This document shows positions 29,358 to 40,620 of a stretch of 64,000 nt of DNA, piece by piece. This DNA comes from the human T2T-CHM13v2.0 reference genome, Homo sapiens: NCBI RefSeq assembly GCF_009914755.1, contig NC_060934.1; one strand, written 5' to 3'. Position numbers and translations under genes: made by a program. Numbering within the stretch: the first letter of the stretch is position 1; each line of letters begins with the position of its first letter. The notes beneath the pieces were generated by a model. It ran no database searches. It was not told the origin of the DNA and worked only from the letters and a program-made list of their open reading frames with translations.

Positions 29358-30606
29358 ATTCTCTTTCACTTATTTTTTTTACCTGTAATAGTGTAACCTT
29401 TAGCTACCACTGTCTGCTTTGATTCCCTCAAACTGCCTGAACTATTGCTTCAGCTGTGAACAACACTTTCTATTTCTATTCTATTCTGTGTACTTGTTTT
29501 CTTGATTTTAGCCCAATTATCTCTCTGATTTTCTATTTTTCTCTTTGTGTCTCATTGTTCTATGTTTGGAGCATAGGAAGGTGCCTCAGATAATAAATTA
29601 AATATCCTATCTCATTCATAATGGCATCAATTTTTTTTGGTGGAAGAAAAACAAACTTCACAAATCCATAATTAAATCTCCTCTCTCTCCCACAAATCAC
29701 CTTTTGGAATCAGTTTTAGTATCAGACTAGGGAACCAACATCCTCTGTGTCTGGTATGAGATGCAATCTTTATATTTCTTTAAGGTTTTGGTGTTAATTG
29801 ATCCAGTAGAATTTTTATGTAACCAAAATTTATTCCTTGGCCTGAAATGTTCTCTAATTAGTTACTATAAACTGGTGCTTATTCAGCCGAGCTGTGCAAT
29901 TTTGGGACTTTTGGGTTAATAAAAGCCTAATCTGCTCATTTGTTTACACTGTTTACTCCCTAAAGGCTTATGCTTTGTGACTGAAAACAATGCTTAATAA
30001 GCAGAAGAAAGCATGTTAATTGTAGGCACTGCCATGCTGCTGTGTACCTAAGAGCTGGGCTTGGCTGCAGCTCAAACAGGTCTTGGGTAGAACTAACCAA
30101 GTTGCCCTCAAGCTTAACTTCCAATTGTCACAAAATTCATCTTGGGCTTAGAGATGAATTTTAAATACATCGAAGAGTAAAATGCTCTGTTACCAGAGTG
30201 GGTCAGTGGAGCTCAGCTACCATCGATCTACACTCTAACTCTCTTCCTCCATCAACCTTTACATCCTCTAATGGAGGAATGTCTCCCATATGAAATAGTG
30301 GCCACTCACCCAAATGTAATATTGGTGACAGACAAAGGGAAACTAAGCTCTAACCTCTCTCCCCACCAAAAGTTCACATTTCTTCAGTCAAATCATCATG
30401 TGGACAGAAATCAATTTCTTCTCTATGCTGTCACTGAGAAAGAGGGAATATATAAAACTCACGTATAAAAATACAGAAGTAAAATGAAGATCTCTATGTT
30501 AAGTGAGTACTATCCAGAATAATTGATTTCCATTACTGGATATCTTCAAATAAATGATTGATGGTAATTTGATATCACAAAAGAGAAAGCAGTATTTTTT
30601 ATAAAA

Positions 30607-30735
30607 AAGCTTTATTGGTATAACAGAGGTATAATGACATTTTTTAAAAAGTTACACATGTAATGTATATAACCTTAATGAGTCTGGACACTTGTGATAC
30701 TGTTACCACAACCAAGGTGTGAAACATATCATCAA
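30607..30735 (-). mobile_element. Short L1MA/MB 3' terminal fragment
   Basis: AGCTTTATTG...GAGGTATAATGACA...TGATACTGTTACCACAACCAAGG. Confidence 0.55.
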
Positions 30736-30929
30736 GACCACAGTTTTTGTGTATGTGTGCACATTCATGACAGGATATGTGTTACAGAGCTAATGTCTTT
30801 ATTTTAAAAAGCTTTATTCATTTGGATTTTATTCCTTACTATTATATTCTTTATTCAACAGTTGTCTTTCCATCTCATCTCTCCTGATTCTTCCCCATGC
30901 TTTAAAAAATGTTAATGTCTTCTTGAGAC

Positions 30930-31362
30930 TGTCAAAAACAACATTACAACAAATTTCTTTATAGATCTAATTGGCTTTTATAGGTGATACATGAATCAGG
31001 GCAGCCTTCATTCTACAAAACTGAACAAGTGTTCTTCTGGGCAGGGGCAAAACACTGGGTTTTGAAAGGTGAAAAGTAGGAAATAGAAAAATGGAAATCT
31101 AGTAAGCATCATATTACCTCAGGTTACTTTTTTTAAAGGGGTAAAGCAGAAGAGACTTCCTTATTAGGATTACTGAGGTAAACTGGAATCTCTTGTTTTC
31201 AGGAAAGATTGTTTTGTTTGGGGATCTATCTGCTTTCTTAAATTTTCATTTTAATTATGTGGCATTTAGCATGAGTGACTCCATTTTGGTTTGGTCTGGT
31301 CGTTTAGGGCCTAGTGCAGGAGTTCAGTCTGAAACAATGGCCTCCCATAATCTTGTTTAACA
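30930..31362 (-). mobile_element. ERV1 solo LTR (MER31-like)
   Basis: TG...CA termini; GCATGAGTGACTCCATTTTGGTTTGGTCTGG...CCTAGTGCAGGAG...ACAATGGCCTCCCATAATCTTGTTTAACA. Confidence 0.75.
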
Positions 31363-32519
31363 ATTCTAAAAGAAGGTCGTTCCTTTAACTCTATTCCTCT
31401 CTGTGGTTTCATCCCTCTCCTTTACCAATCGATTCATATTTACTTTTGTATGTTCTCAAAGGCAAGTTAAATAATACTGCATACTGAAGTCTGTTCAGTG
31501 TCCCCACAATCATAATAAAATGTCTAAGACAGACTTATGAGCTTCTCAAACTGTGTTGTGGGTGTACTTTTAGGCTCATGTGAGATCATGAATATGGTGC
31601 ATTCTCCTGAAGTATCAATTTTACTCAGTACTGAAAACATTATTCTATCATTAAAACAAACACAACTAGATTAGAGAGTATATTGCAAAATCTCCATGAA
31701 CTTAATACTAAAATAAGAGTCTGAAAGCCGACTGGTACCCCAGATTGTCAATCAGCTCCTATTGGAAGCCTGTCAAGTCCACCATAGAGCAGCAGCCAAA
31801 CCATTTCATGGGAGAGAACGAGGACTCTGCAGCGAAGTCTGAAAGTGCTGCAGCCCTCTGGACCCTGTGGACTCTCAAAACTAATCAAATGGAATGTCCA
31901 TCCAAGACAAAGCCCCGCACCAATGTGAAATTGTTGAGAGAAAACCAAAATTTATCAAATAGCTACAATAGAAGCAAAGGAAATAAAGTGGTAAAGAGAG
32001 AGAGAGGGGGAGGCAAAGAAAAGGAGGAACAAAAGCAGCATTACCACAGTGAATGTGAATTTTAAAATTATTTTCTCATTTATTATTTTGCAAAAATGAC
32101 AGGAGAGGGAGCCCTAGAGCCATAATGCTAGAAAACTATCCTGACCCTTCCTCTTTCCTAAAAGTACAAAGAAACTCCAAAGAAGAAAAGAGGAGAAAGA
32201 TGAGGAGGAGGAGGAAGAGAGGAGAGGAATAGGGGTAAAAATAAATCTTGGTCAACTCTTATACAAACTTATTATAAATTCTTACAGGGAAGGAGAATGA
32301 AAACAGAATGATGCAGACAAGGAAATTATGCCATAAAGCTAGTCCCAAAACAAATGAAAACTACAACCTAATATTTTTTAAAAATAGCTAAAATAAGAAG
32401 CTATGAAAAAAAGATGTATACCAGAATTAGAAAAACTCTGAAAAGAGGCAATTAGAAAAATTAAGATCTAAAAAGAGAAGTAACAGGACAAATTTAGAAA
32501 TGAAAATGAACCTTTTTAC

Positions 32520-33170
32520 AATCAGTCTTCATTTTTACTCCATTGCGTTCGACACTGTTGTTCTGAAAGTCTTTCCTGCTCTGGACTCTGGAAGATGTTA
32601 GTCCTTCTAATTCTCCTGCAGCTACTGCTTCCTGCTCTAATTCATGGCTCTTCATCACTGCCATAGAAATGGGACGTTTCCTATGGCTCTCTCTGGGCCA
32701 CATCTTTCAGTTAACTTGGCCCAGTGGCTGCAACAACTTTTAAAGTTTATAAATAACTTTAAATATGGCTGCATTTCAAATAAACCCCTCACTTCTTGAC
32801 CTGCTCCATACTTGACTATCCAGGTGCCTTTGGGATGTCTCACTGGCATTTCAGGTGGGTCATGTCCAAAGTCACCTACTCAGTGCTTAAATCTACCTCT
32901 CATATACAATTTCATAATTTGGAAAACAATGTTTTTTTTCTGTCACTCAGATTCAAAACTCCAGAAGCATCCATCACTGCTTTCTTCTTTGTCATGTTCA
33001 TTATATCAAATGTCCTTGTTTGCTCATGTCTGCCCCCAAAGTACCTCGAATCTGTTCTCTCCTTTAACTCTTCACTGCCACTCCCTCAACACCACTCTCT
33101 ACTTGCAATAAATAACTGTTTTTTGCCTTCTCTGACTTCATTTTGTCTCATCTGCTAGTGATGTTGTCAA
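32520..33170 (+). mobile_element. L2 fragment
   Basis: GGGATGTCTCACTGGCATTTCAGG...CATGTCCAAAGTCACC...CAAAACTCCAGAAGCATCC. Confidence 0.6.
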
Positions 33171-33576
33171 ACTGATCTCAATTGGTAGATCGGAGTTGTC
33201 TTCTAGGGGAGTTTATGAATGTAAACAAAACTGTGAATGTGGCCTCCTGAAGTTGCATATTTGACCTGGCTCTGTCTTCTTCAGGGCAACAGATTCTCAA
33301 CCTGGTTTTGTTGTTAGTACAGTTGAAAGAATTAATTTTAAGAAAAACAAGTCAGAAGAAATTACAGTGCAGTAACTAGTAAAATAATCATGACTACATT
33401 AAAATATTTTTAAATACCCTTAAAATGGTTCAAGGTATTATCCTCTAGAAGTGTATTGCTATTTATTGCCTTTTCAATACTCTTTTGTATACCTGAGGCA
33501 ATGTCTTTGAGAACCTACTTGAAAAAAAGTGTAACACTGTTTTCCTCTTACTCACAGTACCTTGTACCCTGATATT

Positions 33577-34067
33577 TGTAACATCACAAAACCCACAGAG
33601 TTAGGGGCTGACCAAATATACACAGTAAGTTATAGTATTGGGTAAATGAAACAATCCTGCAACAAAAGATTCTTCAGTTCCAATACAGAAGAATAAAGGA
33701 AACACAATTTAATTTTGAGAAAGCATTACCAGGTTGACATGTATATAAGGTGGCACACAAGAAACTATAAACTCTGGACAGAATCTTACACAAATCTATA
33801 CAGCAGTCAAAGAAAGAACAATAGAAACTTCTCTTATCTCCTTGAGAGATAAATAGATGAGCCCTGTCATCTGCTCTATAGTTGTGAGATAGCACAGAGC
33901 TAATTTGTAGGTTTACAGTTCCAAGGGGAAGAAGGCCAGAAAACTGAATCAAAAGGACTATCTTGTTTGGGGGTTTATTAAGTTTACAAGGAAACACCCC
34001 AAAGGAAAAAAGCGTGAGTATGAAGCCACTTCTCTCCTCAAAGAAAATTTTATAATTTATTTTTACA
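33577..34067 (-). mobile_element. Possible ancient solo LTR (unclassified)
   Basis: TGTAAC...TTTACA inverted termini, ~490 bp, TATA-like box preceding ATTAAA on the minus strand; no clear TSD. Confidence 0.3.
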
Positions 34068-34663
34068 GTTGCAACTACAATCACTTGTAAAGACAAATCC
34101 CAGATTCCTTAGAAACTAGAAGCATAGTAATGAAGAGTTCTCGAAACATCTGCAAGCTACTGTGTATAAATGGAAAATCACTGGGCTATAGAGAGACGGT
34201 CAGATTTTTTGTGTGTGGAATTTTTAATGCATTTTGTAATCTCACATCAACTTGATTTTTACTCACATTTCCCACTCCTACATCCTTATCTCGGACCCCT
34301 TGGGATATAGAGAAGGACTGGCTGGGCTGGAGTCAGTTGGAATGCAGACAGTGGTAGGTCACACAGAGGCTCTGCAGGTGACTGGGAGATACTCAAGGTT
34401 CATAGGATAATTGGATGTCAGTCATTCTGATAGTGGAATTCAATGATATAGAAGAGGATTATTTAGACAATATGTAGTCAAGCAGTCTGCCAATAATTTA
34501 TTGAGTACCTGCTATATGCCAGGGGCTAGATAATTTCCAAGAACAGAGTATATCAGCATGATAGAGTTCTAACAAAAGATGCTGAGACTTATTGGTGCGG
34601 CTGTATATCTGGAGAAGAGCTCCGGTGTCTAGAAAATGAGAGAGGTAAAGAGATTTTACCCTA

Positions 34664-34960
34664 GGCTGGGTGCGGTGGCTCACACCTGTAATCCTAGCAC
34701 TTTGAGAGGCCAAGGCGGGCGGATCACCGAAGTCAGGAGTTCAAACCAGCCTGGCCAATGCGGTGAAACCCCATCTCTACTAAAAATACAAAAACTAGCT
34801 GGGCATGTTGGCTTGTACCAGTAATCCCAGCTACTCAGGAGGCTGAGGCAGGAGAGTCACTTGAACCGGGGAGTCAGAGGTTGCAGTGAGGTGAGATTAC
34901 GCCATTGCACTCCAGCCTGGGTGACAAGAGCGAAATTCCGTCTCAAAAAAAAAAAAAAAA
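34664..34960 (+). mobile_element. AluSq-like
   Basis: Full dimer, GACAAGAGCGAAATTCCGTCTC, poly-A; degenerate TSD AAAGAGATTTTACCCTA/AAAGACATTTCAGTCTA. Confidence 0.95.
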
Positions 34961-37900
34961 GACATTTCAGTCTAACGTAAAGGAAATCTCTCTAGAAACT
35001 GGAGTATTATGTAAGAGATGGTCTTTTGAGAAATACAGGCAGAAGCCATGTAGCATTTGTTGACAACACTGATGGGGGATTCGTGCACCAGGCCCAATGG
35101 TGAACTCTAGAATCTCTAGGTCTCTAGGGTTCCTTCTAATTCAAGAAGCCAAGTGAGACACTGTAGCAGACAGTGTCTCCAGGCAGGGTACTGAGCAAAG
35201 AGGATAGTGAAAAGGGCAGTGAAACATCGGCCTTTTTCACTGGCAACTTCAAGACTCACTGCCTACAATGTAAGTATTCCTCGTATTCCCTAACAACAGT
35301 TCAACTGGAAGAGTGGTTTCTGTGAATCCCTTTGACTTTTTATCTTGCCTTGGTCCTGGCTCCATGGAGGTCCACTGTCCAAGAATAGAAGAGCTGGACC
35401 CGCCATGATACACCCTTCGTCATGTTGGCCATGTCTGGATAGGTCCCTTGACTTCAGTGTCTTTCTTAAGGTTCCTGCCTTTGGTTCTCTTTGCTTCCTC
35501 TTTGGATTTATAGCCGGTTTCTGACTCTCTTGTGCTTGAATCTTATTTCTCGGTTTTCTGTCTCTATCGCCTTCTAGACTATTACTTGTGATTTAAAAAA
35601 CTATATTTGCTAGCTATCTGAAAATCAAGTTAACATTAGCAAAATGTTTTAGCAATGCTCTGGGTTTCTACATCTTTACTTTTCTGCGGAAGGTGAGAGA
35701 CATCTTACATTTGGTTAGGATATTTCTTAGTTTCCCTTGTGATTTTTGGTTTTAACAAATGAGCAAGCCCCAGGGTGATTATTATAACAATTATTTTTAC
35801 CTACGGGCAAGAAAGGGAAACATATTCAACCACTAACATTGACTTAGCTTTATTTTTAAGCATCCCAATCATTAGCACCATTCATTCATTTAACAAATAT
35901 TGAACTCTGTTTTACAGTAATTTACTGTGCTGAATGTTATAGGGAATGAGAGTGTGCATATTACATGTTAATGATATTGCCTAGCATTTAGTAGGTGCTT
36001 AATTAATGTTAGTACATTTGGCTGTTGATGATGACAAAAATGATGAAAGTGGCATACATAGTATTAATGAAGTCTATTTTCTGTATTATAATATTTGGAA
36101 GTTATAGGAGATTAGCAAACAAGCTGCAAAGTACCAAATAAGATATATTAAAGCAAGAGTTCAGTCTCAAATGCTAGTGAAGGAGGCATTTCTAAATGTG
36201 ACTAGGAGTCTCCCAATTTGAATTTTCACTTCCCTTAAGGTGACCTGAGCAGAATCCAAATCCTTTGACTTGATGTGGGTGGACAGCTGGTGCACAGAGG
36301 AGCTAGGGGCACAATTGAGCTGGAAAGGCTGTTAACTGAAGTATCCTAAGACTGCCTAATTAAGGGGAAGAGATCTGGGGAGCTGGAAGGTGGGAAAGAA
36401 TTGAATTCTTCTTTATCAAAGGGCAAAGGCAAGGTTATGAAAGTAAATGAGTATTGTGTTCAGATAGAGAAATAGTGGTATAGTGAATGCAGCAAAGATA
36501 CTTCAAATGACTGAGTCCTGGGAAAAGGAGCATGTGATGGAACATGCCTATTAGGCAGACTAGTGTGTTCCGCTAGAGAAAAGTTGCACTTCGAAGATGT
36601 GGCCACTGTCTGGAGGTACATATTTTAAACCACTGTATCCATATCAGTCCAACCACCATGTTTAATCTCAGGAATCTGGAGAGATTTATCCATGGTATCG
36701 GGATCAGTAAGCACTGGAAATTAAGAGCGTAAGACTGAAGTAACTATGAAAACTTATAGTTGAAGTGGTCACTCCATCAGCTTCCTTATGTGTTGGCAAG
36801 ATAGTGTTAGAAAAACATCTTTCTTTTTCTTTCTGTCTTCAAAAAATGAGCTGACACATTCCATCTGGAATGTGTCATTAAGGCCAGTAGCAGATTGCCA
36901 AGCCCTCCAACAATGAATTACAGCCATCAAGCTGTGGCATTGGAGAAGTAAGGGTTAATCATTGTGTCATTGGTATCCACAGAGTTCATAATTTTGGACT
37001 TTGTGCAAATGGAAAATTGTAATCTTCAGCTGCCTTTTGCCAGGCTACAGAATGGCAGCAGAGTCCAATGTGATAGACATATTAGTGGTAAAAAGCCTGT
37101 TTACCTGGTGCAAACAGGGCTTATCTTTCAAGACACTATTTGAAGAGTACGCAGAATTTCTTGGGAGAGGAATATTCTGGAGGATGGATATATTCACTTG
37201 CCCCTGTGGCATTTGTTTTCTCCTTGTAATGTCTGTGTGATGTGATGGTAAATTCAGAATATCTGTTCCAATAGACACATTCAATGTAACACTCAACATG
37301 ATCCATTGCTATCCCATGCTTTGCTTTCTTCGGGTTCCTTTAAATTACCAAAGTCTCTTGTATGTGAGCTGCTTTGACCAGTTTTCATTTTAGGAATGAG
37401 AGGAAAGCATCTCTTACCAAAAAAGTAGGAAAATTCCACCATTAGTTACCCATTTAATTTGTTTCAAATAGCATGTGAAAAACAGCAGTCATCTAGGTAA
37501 AAGAATGGGCTGAATCCACTAGAGGTGCGTAGTATGAGTTTTTTAACCAAATTCCTTTACTCTAATACTTTTGTGAGATCAGATATAGTTAAAGAATGTT
37601 TGATTGGGTGCTAGGAAAGTGAGAGAAAACAGAGCTCATTCACGACAGAGAGAGGAGGCCCTGGTGTGTTGCCACAAATGAGTAGCATCTTGGATAAATG
37701 CAAATGTCTGGAAGTCAGGGGAGAGTGGATATTAGCAGAAAATGAATGTGCAAAAGGGTTTGAAATATTTCAAACTTTATAAATCAGCTTGAGGCTACTC
37801 TGCATGATCTAACTTTTTTGAAAACAAACATGCTGATCAAGGGGGTCAAATTGGTGAGCTCAGGTTTAATGGACTAAAACTGAGAAACTAAAAATTACAG

Positions 37901-38061
37901 CAACTGCCAAGAACCTTGCATATCCTTATCAGTTTATGATATTTACTCAGATATATTGATTTCAAGACAAAAATATATCTTTCAAATTGTGTCTACATAA
38001 AATATCAGGGTTAATGTAGAAGAACAGGACAACCCATGGAGTAGTACTATTTACCAGGCCC

Positions 38062-38390
38062 TTTATTTTTATTTTTTTTAAATTTTTTGAGACAAGATCT
38101 CGCTCTGTCACCCAGGCTGGAGTGCAGTGGCCTGATCACGGCTCACTGAAGCTTTGATCTCCTGGGCTCCAACCATCTGCCCCACTCAGCCTCCTAAGTA
38201 GCTGGGACTACAGGCACGCACCACCAAGCCCAGCTAATTTTCGGTTTTTGATTATTTTTGTTTTGTTTTTATGGTAGGGACAAGGCTTTGCCATTTTGCC
38301 CAGGCTGGTCTCAAAATCCTGGGCTCAAATGATTCACCTGTCTTGGCTCCCAGAGTGTTGGGATTACAGATGTAAACATCGCACCCAGCC
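38062..38390 (-). mobile_element. AluJ
   Basis: Diverged dimer with J-type CTCCTGGGCTC motifs and an expanded middle A-rich linker. Confidence 0.92.
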
Positions 38391-39094
38391 TCCCTAGGTT
38401 CCTTATTTTGTGATTGTGTTGAATGTTTACTACAATCCTCTGAACTAACACAAAGATTTTATGATGTAGAAAATTCTGGTTTAAAGAGTATCAAAGAAAC
38501 CGTCTGAGGCTATGTGAATCTTAAGGGAGGAATTTTGCATTCAGAACTCTGTGAGGACTCCAGACCCCTATACTTCCTGTAGATGATCCTCCCCTCCAGT
38601 AAAGGCACCTGTGTTGAATGAGTGCAGACCATTCAAGGGATTCGGTTGTAGTATGACAGGGGCAGTAGAAAACTTTATCTGTGGATGTGAGAGTCGGTTT
38701 AGAAGTTTATTTTGGAAATGTGTGGTCAATATTCTTTTAAATTGCCTGTAAATGTTTCTGCGCTTATTTGTGTGGGACTCTAAATGACAGAATAGATAGG
38801 GAAATCTAGTTACCCATCTATCTCCTAATAAATCATTGAAGACAATTGCATCAACAGAAGTATGTGTATTTCATCTTTGCTGAAGGGCACATTTAAAAAA
38901 ATGTTAGTTCAATAATCTCATTTGTAAATCTCAGAAATCTTGTGATGTATAATTTTTCACCTTAAAGAGTTTCTTTTTCTTTCATTCATTCATTTTTTTG
39001 ACTTTATGAGAGAATCAGAATCTCTTTGACATCATTTGCAGAACATTGCAGATGAATAAAAGGGTGGTGATTGAGTTATTCCGGTGTTGAGGAA

Positions 39095-39965
39095 AGAGTG
39101 TGGGCTTTCAAGTCAGACATGCCCATGATGAAGCGTAAATATGTATTTTGAGTTATAAAATGAAGACAACAATACTTCTCACAGGATCGTGGGGAAAATT
39201 AAATGAGATAATGGCTACAAAAAATATTTAGCTCAATAATTTGAACACACGAAGTAGTCCCTCCTTATCCATGGCTTCACTTTACGGTTTTAGTTCCCCA
39301 AGGTCAACCATAGTCCAAAAATATTAAGTGGACAGTTCCAGGCATAAACAATTTATAAGTTTTAAATTGTGTACTGTTCTGAATACTGTGATGAAATTTC
39401 ACACCATTATGCTTTGTCCCTTTGTCCAGCACATCCGCGCCATCCGTGCTCCCAGCCCACCAGTCACTTAGTAGCTGTTTCACTTATCAGATCAACCATC
39501 ACAGTGGCACTGTGCTAGTGTCCAAGTAACCCTTGTTTTACTTAATGGCCCCAAAGTGCAAGAGTGGTGATGCTGTCAATTTGCACCCGCCAAAGAGAAA
39601 CTGCAAAGTGCTTCCTTTAAGTGAAAAGGTGAAACTTCTGGACTTAATAAGGAAAGAAAAAATTATATGCTGACATTGCTAAGATCTATGGTAAGAATGA
39701 ATCTTCTAAGTGAAATTCTGAAGAAGGCAAAAGAAATTCATGCTAATTTTGCTGTCACACATCAAGCTGCAAAGGTTTTGGCTACAATACATGATAAGGG
39801 CTTAATTAAGATGGAAAAGGCATTGCATTTGTGGGTGGAAGACATGAACAGAAATGTATTTCGAACGACAGCAATCAGGTTCAGTACTGTTCGTGGTTTC
39901 TGGCATCCACAGGGGGTCGAGGATAAAAGGGGGCCACTATAGTAAGTGCTCAATAAATGCTAGCC
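39095..39965 (+). mobile_element. MIR split by a MER44 insertion
   Basis: TATAAAATGAAGACAACAATACTTCTCACAGGATCGTGGGGAAAATTAAATGAGATAAT, resuming GTAAGTGCTCAATAAATGCTAGC at 39942. Confidence 0.7.
39252..39941 (+). mobile_element. MER44 (Tigger7-related TcMar DNA transposon deletion derivative)
   Basis: TIRs AGTAGTCCCTCCTTATCC / GGATAAAAGGGGGCCACT followed by TA; frameshifted transposase N-terminus (KVLPLSEKVKLLDLIRKE...KMEKALHLWVEDMNR). Confidence 0.88.
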
Positions 39966-40464
39966 ACAAAATCATTATCATTCTTATTGCTATAATCACA
40001 CATGAGAAAATCAATTATCTTCTTCAGGCCTTGGATTCCAATCTTGTAAAGTGAGGTTTAAATGAGAATGCATATGTGAAGCATTTGCCTTACAACACAA
40101 AGCCTTAATAAGTGCCAGTGACTCTTCTCCATCCGTTTTCATCCAGACACCACTTTCTTGCCAACTAACTGCCCTTTGCTAGGCTTGAGAATGCAGACGG
40201 TCAAAATTGACGCTATTTTCAGAGCCACAGAATTTCAACATAGCCTATCTGGGAAGGTACACATTCTCAAATTTACCTTCCCTGACTACAGAAGTTACCA
40301 AATGTGGAAACTTTGATCCATACTTTATCTAATTAGATACCAATTAGCTTTCTGCTATAAGAAATGTACTACTGGGGTTAGTACTACTGGGGGTTAGAGC
40401 ATCCCAAGTATATTGAAGCCAATCATGTAATTTTCATCAGCTTTTCTTAGAACTCATTTTTAGT

Positions 40465-40620
40465 CAGTGCTATTCAAATGTATTATGCACACAAATCCCC
40501 TGATGAACCTGTGACAAATGAAGGTTTTGTTTCACAAGGTTGGGGAAGAGGCTGGAGGTTCTGAATTTCTAAGGTCTCAGTTGATGGCAATGCTGCAAGA
40601 CCATCCCTTTGAGTGGTTAG
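40465..40620. mobile_element. MER5-type hAT element
   Basis: CAGTGCTATTCAAATG...TGAATTTCTAAGGTCTCAGTTGATGGCAATGCTGC...CTTTGAGTGG. Confidence 0.55.

Noticed and set aside
31745-32510. 106-aa ORF and purine-rich tract
   Set aside because: TTG start and low complexity; probably a degraded L1/HAL1 5' remnant, but too weak to annotate.
40366-40397. GTACTACTGGGGTTA tandem pair
   Set aside because: Ordinary 15-bp slippage duplication.
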